Source of the DNA: Azolla caroliniana
Lineage: Eukaryota > Plantae > Polypodiophyta
Assembly (NCBI GenBank): GCA_043228905.1
Contig: JBHGNT010000009.1
Location: forward strand, 14,570,001-14,634,000
DNA length: 64,000 nt
Reading direction: 5' to 3'
This document shows positions 9,963 through 21,330 of this stretch, in pieces. The position numbers and the translations under genes are program-made. The stretch's first letter is position 1. Every line of letters begins with the position of its first letter. Under the pieces are notes generated by a model, which was not told the DNA's origin, ran no database searches, and saw only the letters and a program-made list of their open reading frames with translations.

Positions 9963-10095
9963 ACTCATTCCTTCTCTCAAAGTTCGACACCTCTCATAGT
10001 ACTAATCCTTCTCTGTCTTAGTACTATTCCCCGACAATAGTACTAATCCTTCTTTCAGTACTAATTCCTTCTCTGCCTTAATAGAGTTCCTGACA
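9619..10095 (+). repeat. 3' LTR of chromovirus
   Basis: Direct repeat of 4307-4769, preceded by the PPT and followed by TSD ACATC. Confidence 0.97.
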
Positions 10096-10888
10096 ACATC
10101 AATCGATCGCCGGTTCCGTCGCCGGATCGCCGATCACTAATTCTATTGCCGGTTGCCAGATCCATCCGGTCACCGATTGCCGGATGCATATGGTCACCAA
10201 TCGCTAGCTCAATCCGGTTTCCGATTCTATCATCAACCGGTTTGAGTTTCTTCACCAACCGGTTCGGGCACTTAGCCACATCCAACGACTTAGCCACATA
10301 TGTCCATCTAGACAAAAGTGGCTTAAGTCCAACTATTTTTTATTTGCTCTCAACACATAGATAAAATATGATGGATCTCAATCTGCTTATATAGCTGGAG
10401 CCTAAACTTTCCTATCTATGTGGGATATTTCACAGTTTTATTTTTCTCTTTTTCTTTTGCAAAACTTCATACCCACATAAGTTGACACTTAGATGTCTGT
10501 TTCTTATGTTGTAAAGTGCATCCGAAAGCTCTTCAAGACCTTCATCTTCCCGTACCAAGATATTAAGCTAATCTAAAATAGTATCTTCACTATTATTGTT
10601 TTATATTATTCATACTCGATTTCGTATGTTTTATGCGATTTTCACACCATTGCCGAAAATCTTCACGGCAACGGTTCGATGCGATGAGATCAACCGTTCT
10701 AGCAAGGGAGAATCCTCCCTATTTCTTTGATCTTCAATCAATGCTATTGGTTGAAGGAAATCATGTTCGAACTAAGAGCAATGCTTCGGAAGGCCACATT
10801 CTCTACACACACTCAGATGGAGGAAGAGGACGTGGTCGTGCAAGAAAAGGCTGATTCGGCCAAGGACAAGGCGGATGAGCTCTGACCG

Positions 10889-13800
10889 GAGAATATCCGC
10901 CCAGTCATCTTGGTGATAGCTTAGAAAACACTGAAGATATTGTTCCAGCGTTTGATTTGTTCGTTCTGCTTGTCTGCCTGTTTGCGGGTGGTAGCCGAAG
11001 GAGAGGTTACAAGTGACCTTGAGCATTTTGAAGAGGTGCTTCTAGAATTTCGAGACGAACTGGGGTCCACGATCGCTAATGATACTATCGGGGAGGCCAT
11101 GATGCCGACGTACCTCACGCATGACAGTTTCAGCAGTTTCTTCACTAGTGATTTCCTTAGTACATGGCAGGAAATGGGCCATCTTCGTATATCAATCTAC
11201 TACTGTTAAGATCACATTGAATCTCTTAGAAACTGGAAGATCTGTGATGAAATCTAGAGCAACGGATTTCCACGGCTTGCTTAGAATTGGTAATGGTTCC
11301 AATAAACCATATGGATGATGTCTTGGCATCTTTCCTCTGCAATATGTATCACATGTCCGAACATAAACTTCGACAAATCGTCGCATATGGGGCCACCAGA
11401 ATGATTGTTGTACTAAATTTAACGTTTTAGTACTACCAAAATGCCTAGTTGTATATTGTGTCATGACAATTTTGGACTACTCAAAGGCAACAAGAACCAT
11501 TAGGAACATACAAGCTTCTTAAAGAATAGTAATCCATCATGAAATTCGAATTGTCGATAATCCGTACCTGGTTGTTGCGACTGTGAACAAGAGGCCTGAG
11601 AGGGATCAATTTGTGCTAGAATGGCTTAAGTGAAAGAATCTGTCTTCAAGTCCTCACGTATGGTATCGATAATGTGGGATTCCAATGGCATATTGAAAAC
11701 CCGCGTTGCTTGTAGTCCTGCCGGTCCCAAGATTGCTTGATTTTGGTTATCGAATGTTGGCTCACCGAGACGCGGTGCTAGATATGAGTGTCGCGATAAC
11801 GCATCTTCCTTCCCTTGCTACTTCCCAAGACGATATGTAATTTTGAAGTCGAAACGAGTGAGGAATTGGGCCCACCGAGCTTGATGTCGATTTAATACAC
11901 GAGCATTCTGGAAGTAGGCAAGATTTTTGTGATCATTGAATACGGTGACTTGATGACAAGATCCCTCTAGAAAATGCCTCCATTGCATAAAAGAGTCCAC
12001 TATTGCTAATAGCTCTTTATCATGAATTTCATAGTTGATTTTGACGGCGTCAAACTTGCGTGAGTGGAAAGCCACAGGATGTAGCTTTTCATCATCGCCT
12101 TGTTGTGAAAGAATGCTACCCAAGGCGAAATCCGAAACATCTGCCTCAATGATGAGAGGTTTTGCCGGATCAACATGAGCTAGAATAAGAGCTGATGTGA
12201 ATGCCTTCTTAAGACTCTCAAAAGCCATGTTTGTTTCTTTAGACCAAATAAACGACTGCCCCTTCTTGGTAAGTTGTGTGAGAGGCAGAATAAGCTTTGA
12301 ATAATCATGTATAAACTTGCGATAAAATTTGGGAAAGCCTAAAAAGCATTGCACATCTCGCAACGAACGTGGAGTCTGCCACTCTATCATAGTTTTGACC
12401 TTAGCTGGATCCATAGAGATGCCTTCCGAGGAGATGACATAGCCCAGAAATTCCACCTGGTTGCACTCAAAACTACATTTTTCTAGTTTTGCATAAAGAC
12501 CATGTTCTTGAAGCCATTTTAGTACTAACAGTACATGAGAATCATGCTCTTCTTGGGTCTTCGAATAAACTAGTAGATCATCCAAATAGACGATCAAACA
12601 AACATCTAAGCGATCTCGGAATATATCATTTGCCATGTGTTGGAAGATTGTTGGTGCATTAGTGAGACCAAATGGCATGACCGTATACTCGAAGTTCCCA
12701 TATCTAGTGTGAAATTAATCTCCTAGTCGGATCCGTACGAGGTTAGATGCTCCTCGTAAGTCGATCTTTGTGAAGAACCTTGCACCATTGATCTGTTGTA
12801 AAAGACTTGAGATAAGGGGGAGTGCATACCTATTCCTGATGGTGACCTTATTCAAGCCAAAGTAATCTACGACGAGAGAATTGTGGATTCCTCTTTAGTG
12901 GTGTCAGAAGGTTTTATTGATACTACGAAGAGAAATATTTCTTCCTTGCGTCCTTCCTCACGCAATTGACGTAATGAAATGGTTGCAATCCTATGAGTAT
13001 ATCCTCGGATTTCTCTTGTTCTCCAATCTATGTCTAGGTTATGTAATTCGAACCATGGTAACCCCAAGACAATTGGATGGTCTGGACTACTAATTATATT
13101 AAATGATACTACACACACCAAGTTATCTAGGACAACATGAATCGGCTCTGACTCTTCTACAATTTTTCCGGAAGCAATGGGATGACCATCAATAACTACT
13201 ACAGATGTTGGGCAAGAAAGTTTTCTTAGGGATATCTAATGAGCTTGGGCAAAATTTCTATCCATAAAGCAAGAGTTAGCTCCAGAATCTCAGAGTGCTA
13301 TGACATGTACTGGAGGAATACTTTTAGTACTAACCATTACTTGAGCTAAGAACACATTGCTAACTTGCTTAGAGGAAATGGAACCACTAATGGGTTGCAG
13401 AGATCTAGGGATGTCCAACCAAATGGCTCTTATTTGGGCTGGACTTAATTGTTTAACTCTTCTTCTAGTTGACTAAGGATTTCAAATTTGTTTGAAAGGC
13501 TTGGGCTATTAGTACTATTAGGACTATCATATATTCCTACTAAAATAGACTCAGGTTTAGTACAATTAGAACTAGCGACTATTTGGTTTACCTGTCTTCT
13601 TGGCCTATGGGGACAATTCAATAGAAACATAGTCGACTTGCTCGGCGTCGCTGCTTTTCCTCTTCCGATAATGGTCTGCGACGACGTGTGGTGTCGATTT
13701 CCATCGGAGTTGGAGTATTTGCTAGAGACACATTATATGACTCCCTTGGAAATGGTTTTGCTATAACTGAGGCGTAGGTGAGCTCTGATCTTGTCCTTGG

Positions 13801-14717
13801 CATTTGGAACTAACGTTCCGAACGTCGTTCAAAAAGGCGGTTATCACATCGCACCACACAACTGATTGCTTCTGTTAATGACTTTGGCTCTTCGGGGAAA
13901 GTTAAGAGTAAATCTTTGACATCATTACGTAGGCCAAAATGAAATTGCTCCATTAATGCCTCATCATCCCAGGGAATATCGGCGGCGAGAAGATGGAAAT
14001 CCGCAACATAAGCCGAGGTCGGCCGCTCACCTTGGCGCAATCTTCAGATTTTGTTGATTGTCGTCCTAATATTGTCAGTATCTCCAAAACAGGCTTTAAA
14101 CTCGCTAATAAACTCTTCAAAATTATTTAACAAGGGAGAGTTTTTTTCTAACAGGGGAGCAAACCATGCCAAAGTCGTGCCACTAAGTAGCGTGCCTACT
14201 AGTCTCACTCATGATGCATCAGTGGGATATCGAGAAGGATGCATTTGAATCACTAAGCGTACTTGATTAAGAAAACCTCTGAACTATGATCGGGTCCCAT
14301 CAAATTTAATAGGAAGTCCAATCTTGGGTTCTTTGTGAGCTCCTTGAGTGCTTGATCCTTGTTGTTGTAGTGATACAATAGTCGCTTCAACTTGTTGTAC
14401 ACGTAACGTCAACTCCCCGTGTTGTTGTTGTTTTTCTAAAGCTATTTGTTGAATATCCCCCAACGGACGGTCATTTTCTTGTTCTAGTGCTACAAACATC
14501 TCTTTTAAGCATTGAAGCTCCGAGAAAACAGATTGGTATTCCTAAGCGCTAACAGTTGCCATTTTACTAGGGAGGGTAAGAGGATTAGTATGAAAGGAAG
14601 GAGGGGTAAGAGGATGAGGGAAATCGGTTCGAACTATCAAGAACAGTACTAAGACAGAGAGGGAATTAGTATTAAAAGATGCGAATTAGTACTAAGAGAG
14701 AGAAAATGGTGTAGAAC

Positions 14718-14763
<46 letters not shown>

Positions 14764-15057
14764 TGATAACAAAAGATATATTATATTATATGAAGAGTAA
14801 GTACAAGAATACTATGAGGCTTAAGACTAGCTTTGAACCGATTTGGTTCGAAATAATGCCTTCTGCCTTCTTTTATAGTGTTTTTAGGAGCACTCCTAAA
14901 GTTTCTAGAATGTTCCAGAGAAATCTGGAAATATACATCAATTTTCTATAGTGAAATAATAAATGAAAATAATATACTTCGTATTACAATATATAGTCTA
15001 ATGGCAAGGGCTCGACCCATGTAACATAAGGTCATGGGTTCGAATCTTGCCATGTCA
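10889..15057 (-). mobile_element. Degenerate, 3'-truncated chromovirus related to 4307-10095 (5' LTR about 14635-15057)
   Basis: Fragmented ORFs closely match the Gag/Pol of the intact copy (MPFGLTNAP, YLDDLL, KMPRHHPYGLLEPLP). It has stops, an internal deletion near 12870, and ends within integrase. Confidence 0.93.
14988..15057 (+). ncRNA. tRNA-like A/B-box cassette in LTR of the degenerate chromovirus
   Basis: TAGTCTAATGG (14994-15004) and GGTTCGAATCT (15037-15047). Confidence 0.6.
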
Positions 15058-16036
15058 TGACAATCGCACTGGAACTCAATAAAGCATATGTTCAGATATC
15101 TGGTGGGCACAAAAGACCTTGGCATTCAATTCGACCCGATTGACACCTCAGGCATAGTCGACTATATCGACTCATGCTTTTCCAACTGTGTGGAGAGTCG
15201 AAAATCGACAACCGGATATTGATTTAAGTTCGACAATGGAGCAATCTCGTGGAAATCGAAACTTTAGGAGTGCACTGCCACATCAAGGACCGGCTCCAGT
15301 TGTCTACAGTGACGTGACTCGACTCTAGTTGTCTATAGTGACAGTCAGGGTGTTGTTGCTCTGTCGAAAAATCCGGTTCATCACAACGCCTCGAAGCACA
15401 TCGACGTTTGATGTCACTTTGCTTGGGACTACATAATTTTAGGGGAAATCGGCCTTGAGAAGATATCTACAACCGATAATGTCGCAGATGGGATGACCAA
15501 GTGTCTTTCGGCGGATTGATTCTGATCCCTTCGGCACCAGATGGGCGTAACGAAGAATCAGTCTGATTAAGTCGGACACTTACAATGTTTTCAAAGTTCA
15601 CCGACTCAAACGAAATTTCGATTTGCTCGAAAACTTTGTATCAATCTATATTGTACATTCATTTCAATTTATAGATTTTCGATGTATACATCCATTACGA
15701 GGAGTGTTGAATGCGGGTCTATAATGGATGTATTCACATTGTCTCCTTTTGTAAACACTAGGTCTAGGCTATTTATGTAAATAGTGAGAAGGGTAGTTGC
15801 CCTAAGTTATTCAGTATATAAACTGACTTTGTAACCTAGTTTTGAAGGTTGTTAAAATATAATTCATCTTGTGCCCAATGTGTCTCTCGATAGCGTTCTT
15901 GTAGTGCCTCCTTTCTTTGTCTTTGTTTCTGTTTCTGTTGTTGATGCCATCAATCTACCTTGATTGTATCTGTTTATGATTTTCTTCTAGAAGAGTGTTG
16001 AGATTGTTCTACACCTAGATGGCCCCGTTCACAACA

Positions 16037-17948
16037 ATAAATGCGTAAGCTTTGCATCCAAAAATTCAAAGTCTTTCATAGGTCGGTTGTTTGTCTGACC
16101 ATAGTGCCTATGGCACTTCAAGCCTAATTGCTTTCTATGGCGACAGGTTGATCAGATATACTACCGTCTGAAATGCTTCAACCCAGAACTCCAGCTTCAG
16201 TCCAGCTTGTTGGAGCATTGTCGTCACTCTCTCTTGGATCGTTTGGTTGATCCATTCTACCACTCCATTTTGCATGGTGTGTAAGGAAAGATCTTTTGAT
16301 GCTGGATCCCTTTGTTAGACAGGTATTGCTTGAAGAATCGGGAGGTATATTCGCCTCCGTTGTCAGAACAAAGTGTCTTCACTCTATGTCCCAATTGGTT
16401 CTCTCCTTCTATTAACCATCGGGCGAAGATCTTGAGCGCTTCGTCTTTTGAACTAATCGAATGGGCCCAGACCTTCCGTGTACAATCATCGACAAACATG
16501 ATGAAGTACCAAGAGCCACCTAGAGATCTTTCGAGCATCAGCCCACATATGTTTGTGTGCACAAGCTCTAGGGGTTGTCGTACCGTCTCATAATGGAGGG
16601 AGTGCGGACTTCGGGTCGGTTTCCTATATCGACAATGCTCGCAAAAGTTCGTCTTTGCTTGGAGTTTCGGAATGTAGCCAACCACCACCAACCGATCTAG
16701 GCTAGCTTGAGAGATATGGCTGAGTCGGCCATGTCGTAGTTTCGGGTCGGTCTTTTCGGCTACATTCACAACCCCTTCTGGATTGATTGCCATCATTGGA
16801 TACAAGTTGGTGTACCTGTGTCCGGTTCCGATTCTTAGATTTCCTCAATTGATCATCCATGCCGACTCATTTAGAGTTGTTCGGTACCCGTCTTCGGCTA
16901 ACATGTTGATGGAGACCAAACTCCTTTTTAGATTGGGTACGCGCCGAACTTGGTGCAGGGTGATCATGTTGCCATTCGGCAATCGGATGGGGACCTCTCC
17001 GATCCCTACGATTACACACTCCTGCCCATTTCCGAGTCGGACTGTGTCGTTGGCGTCAGTCGAATAGTTTGAAAACCATTCGTTGTTCGGGATTACGTGA
17101 AATGTGGCGCCAAAGTCCAGCAACCACGTGTGCACATCTTGTGCACTTTAGAGAACTTCTCTGATCATTGAGTCCTTTAAGGAACAGATTTCTCCCAATC
17201 AAGTGTCAACAACATTGACTTGGTTGCTGACTGGAGAGTGATGCGAGTCGGATCGTCGACCACTCTCTTTCCTTTTAATCGACCAGCAGTCAAAAACATT
17301 GTGACCAGCTTTTCTACAGTGGGTGCAAAATTCGCCTAATCTATTCATTCTCGACTTCGACCGCGGTCGAGACCCCTCGTTTTTTATCAACTGTGATTTC
17401 AATCGGTTCTGTTGGCTTGTTCTCTCGATCGACTCAATCAAGTGGTGGGCTTCTGCCGATTCGTCGATGGTGAGTCCCATCGATTTTCGCCAAATATCCT
17501 TGGTGAGGACTTGACCGATCGTCTCATCTAGATTTAAGATCAGACGACTATTGGCAAATGTCGTGCAAAATACCTCCCAACTCGTCAAATAGCTCAATAG
17601 GAGAGCAAGGGCTTTAACTTCTTCTTTGAAATTAATCCCTTGGGAGGAGAGTTCAAAGAACACCCAGCTCAAGGTGTTGATGTGGGAGGTTGCAAGATCT
17701 AACTCTCTCATCTTCATATTGAATAGATGTCAAATCAATATGAGTTTCAACGAGGACTTTTTCGTACACTGCTTGCAACTTTCGTTGCCACTGAACAACA
17801 TATCACTCTGGTACCACTTGATGGAATGAATGCACAAAAGTAAGGACGTGTAGGTTATGTGTTCAACAAACACAAAGAATATGACAGAAGAAAAATGGAA
17901 ATGTACTAGACACAATTTCAACTCTAATGGAAGCTTTAGTTATTCATT

Positions 17949-18000
<52 letters not shown>

Positions 18001-18120
18001 ACTCAAGATACAAGAGTACTTTTTATAACGTTAGGTTATTGCTTATATATTAAGCCCTAACTCTTTAGACGGGTTCACACTAGGATACAAAGTAGAAGGA
18101 GTCGGCCTTTTATGCCGACA
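16037..18120 (-). mobile_element. Degenerate Ty1/copia 5' half (family B): LTR 17819-18120, iMet-type PBS, gag-PR-IN remnants
   Basis: LTR starts TGTCGGCATAAAAGGCCGACTCC, as at 41735 and 61255. PBS TGGTACCAGAG. CTHCRKAGHNVFDC, WLLDFGATFH, LELVHTNICG, SDNGGEY. Confidence 0.92.
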
Positions 18121-18229
18121 CTGTCTCTCCCGTGTATTGTGTTAAGCTTCCATTAAACCTTCATCTCTGTTTTCTGTTGTTATCCGGCAAAGCCGGTTTT
18201 GTCTATGCTTCCGCACTTTCACTTTTACA
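18121..18229 (+). repeat. 3' end fragment of an LTR (family also at 48033/51463-51583)
   Basis: Homologous to the reverse complement of 51468-51583 and ends CTTTTACA. Confidence 0.6.
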
Positions 18230-19307
18230 GTGAAGCAAGATCTACACCACCCCCACAAAGCACATGGAGAACCTTGATTAGTGCATTAAGACATGTTTGT
18301 GAGAGGTTCCTTTTGGCATCTCCAAGACTCCCAAGTGTCTGCAATTTCACCAACGAAATGTTATTTATTATTGACCAAAAATCTCAATACGAGAAGCAAT
18401 CCTATAATCGACATTTTTGAAGGACTCATAAAAAGAGCTTTTACCCACCTTGACCCTGTTGGTAATTCTCCGTTGATCAAACTCTTAAACTCTTTTCTGG
18501 GTATTTCTTCAAATATGCAGCCAAATCAGCCTCCCATATGGTTTCAAGATCTACTCCTATCTTGGTATTCTTACTCTAGAGGCTGAAATTGTTTCATTCA
18601 TCGAAAATTCTACTTTGATGCTAGCACACATTTACATCTTCAAAGACCAAGCAGTATGTCCATCTTCTTGCAGCAGAGACATAGATGCACACATACGTAC
18701 ATACAATACATATTATGGCAGACATACAGATAATGTAAGTAAAAGGTATAAAATGAAATATAAAACCTACGCATGGGAGTTATACGCAATATGTGAAACC
18801 CTAAAAATCTTTTAAAGTAGAGAAGCGGGAGAGCGGGTAAAACCTTAGAAGTCAGGGAGAGGAGTCAGACTCTCTTGAATGGATGATGATGTTGATGGCA
18901 AAAGAAGAAAAAAAATGAATGAAGTTATAACACATTGAATATCTAAAAGAGAAGTAGGAGGAAGAGGATCAAGGAAGTTGAAAGAGATGTTACTGAAAGG
19001 AGACGACAACAACATTGAACCCTAAAACCATATACCATTTGCTAGGGTTTCAATTTGGGCAATCGTCTTCTTCATTTTCCTGTCCTCGCTCACCACAAAA
19101 ATAAAATCTCACAATTCTCCGGCATTAATGTGTATCCCCAATGAGTCGGACTCCCATTATGTGTTGGGCTCCTGCGATTTGAATGGCCGGGCTCCCTGAG
19201 CTCCCAACGAAGTGAATTTTTTATAGCGCACTTTTTTTATCCAAGTCGGTCCATGGCCACGATTACCTCGCCAGGCCTCTTTATGATTTGGTAGCAGTTA
19301 GACACAT

Positions 19308-19311
<4 letters not shown>

Positions 19312-19353
<42 letters not shown>
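19312..19353. repeat. (TG)n microsatellite
   Basis: Direct observation. Confidence 0.95.
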
Positions 19354-19355
<2 letters not shown>

Positions 19356-19422
19356 ATATATGTATGTATGCATGTGACGTTTCTATTTGGAACTAAATAA
19401 TAAAGAGGCATGGCAAGGAAAT

Positions 19423-19845
19423 TGCGGTCACGGACAGTGCAAGGCCCATGCAAAGAAGATGATTGCATCCCCACACAGAAGCAAATTGAGACCCTAGCAA
19501 ACGAGTGGTTTTGGGTTACACACGACATGATCCCCTTCCTTCCTACTCATGAGAAGAGGAGCATCTTCTCCATCAGTGTCCTCCTCAACCATGCTCCAAG
19601 CAATGAGAGCTCCCACTCTTAGCTATCGTTCTTTGAAAGTGCAGTTACGAACAATGCAAGGCGCGTGCAAAGAAGACGATCGCATCCCCACACAAAAGCA
19701 AATTGCGACCCTAGCAGATGGGTGGTTTAGGGTTACACACGACATGATCCCTTTCCTTCCTACTTATGAGAAGAGGAGGATCTTCACCATCAATCTCCTG
19801 CCCAACCATGCTCCAAGCAATGAGAGCTCCCACTCTTAGCTATCA
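19423..19845. repeat. Diverged tandem duplication, about 217-bp unit x2
   Basis: Both units translate to ..CKEDD.IPTQKQI.TLA..WF.VTHDMIPFLPT.EKR.IF.I..L.NHAPSNESSHS. Confidence 0.9.
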
Positions 19846-20011
19846 TTTTTTGGTTGTCGAGGCAGAGGTGCCCATATTTTATCTCTCCACTTCAAAGCAC
19901 CCTTCCATAAGAGACATTAGAGTATTGAACTTGAGTTGTTGCTTGTGAATAAATACCTAATCTCGTGACTTCAGTTATTGCATTGTTAGATTACGATAGG
20001 TATCCATGAGA

Positions 20012-20180
20012 AACGTTTTGTGAACTTTTCATTTGATAGCTCTTCTCTGTCTAATATATTCGAGTTGTTTATGCTAGAGTTATTGAGTATTTGGAACGTT
20101 TTGTGAACTTTTCATTTGATAGCTCTTCTCTGTCTAATATATTCGAGTTGTTTATGCTAGAGTTATTGAGTATTTGGAAC
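20012..20180. repeat. Perfect tandem duplication, 83-bp unit x2
   Basis: AACGTTTTGTGAACTTTTC...GAGTATTTGG occurs at 20012 and 20095. Confidence 0.92.
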
Positions 20181-21330
20181 CATTTACAGTGGAACATAGT
20201 TTGTCTTAACTTCCCATCATCCTTTGTGGTTTAGTATTTCTTTTGGCTCAAATACAAGAGAGTTTATGTAATGATTGAACTTTGTTGGAAATCTGCTCTG
20301 TTTTTTTTCCAATGAATCTCACGAGACACATGCACACAGGCCTCAACCCCACATACAAACACAGATAAAAAAAGGTTCTGGCATCTCAACAATATATTTC
20401 TCAAAAAGCTGACCTATCAATCAGATGGTTTCTTAACATATACATGAAGACTTTCTTGAACACTGCAATTACTCCTCCCTACCATTTTGTGGTGAAGTAC
20501 AAGGAATGCAATGTGTATCAAATTATCAAATTTATGGGAGACAAATTCCTATGGTTATCAACTTATTCTCAATCACTCTGAACCACTCCTTGAGGACCCC
20601 AGCCAATGGGGATACATACATTTTCTGAGCTTTTAAAAGGTTGCCTCTTTCTTTCCATGCCCCATGCAGGATCAATGCAGGATCCATCCATGACAATCCA
20701 GGACATATCCATAAAATACACCAACAATAACCCCAAAATCAAAGACTTCACAACCCTCAAAAAAGATGTGAGAAAGAAGGTATCACAATGAGACCTATGG
20801 TAACTTAAACCTGAAAGAATCGAAACCACGTCAAGATAACCTATTTCCACATAGATGGCATATTGAGATCATACATAAGCTTCACAAAGCATAAGTTTAT
20901 ATAGGGACCAGTAAATTGGCATTTACATGCAATATTATACTTGCAAAGCAAAAGGCCAACATAGCATTTCCTCACTATCAAGAGATTGAGGTAGGACAAC
21001 CACTCTGAATATTTAAGCATATTACATTATCAGATTCATAATTTGACAATGGCATCATTTAGATTACACATCAACAATATTAAGGTTCACAAAGTATAGT
21101 TAAAAAACAGACAGAAAATATCTTCTATTTGCTAGAATGCACCCCCAGAATTTTTAACTGCATGTGCCCCATTGGAACTGTTACATGATTTTCCATCAAA
21201 TATGAAAAACATGTTAAATGTCATTTTTCAGAACCCTGCAACATGTTATCATAGAATCATATACAAACTTGTCACAGGGTGATTACTGAGGGATTTTGGC
21301 ATGAAATTGGTCACAAACCTGAGGTGGACA

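Larger units (their letters stand above)
4307..10095 (+). mobile_element. Intact Ty3/gypsy chromovirus (Tcn1/Tf1-sushi-like)
   Basis: LTRs 4307-4769 and 9619-10095 are TG...CA and appear identical apart from the (CT)n tract. TSD ACATC. PPT AAAGGGGGGATAG. gag and pol are uninterrupted. Confidence 0.97.
3710..10670 (-). mobile_element. Solo LTR of the 4-bp-TSD family (about 1.17 kb), split by the chromovirus
   Basis: Termini TGTCATGAAGAT / ATCTTCACGGCA. TSD ACGG at 3706-3709 and 10671-10674. First ~70 bp are homologous to 43020-43090. Confidence 0.85.
3626..16036 (+). mobile_element. Fragmented Ty1/copia host element: gag pieces 3626-3709 and 10675-10885, RNase H 15058-15570, 3' LTR 15706-16036
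   Basis: Removing the insertion restores ..QICLNDLAPR|FDAMRSTVLARENPP..DLQSMLLVE (copia gag). HWNSIKHMFRYL..ISWKSK..HNASKHID marks the RT end and RNase H. The LTR runs TGTTGAATG...CACAACA. That both parts belong to one element is inferred. Confidence 0.6.
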
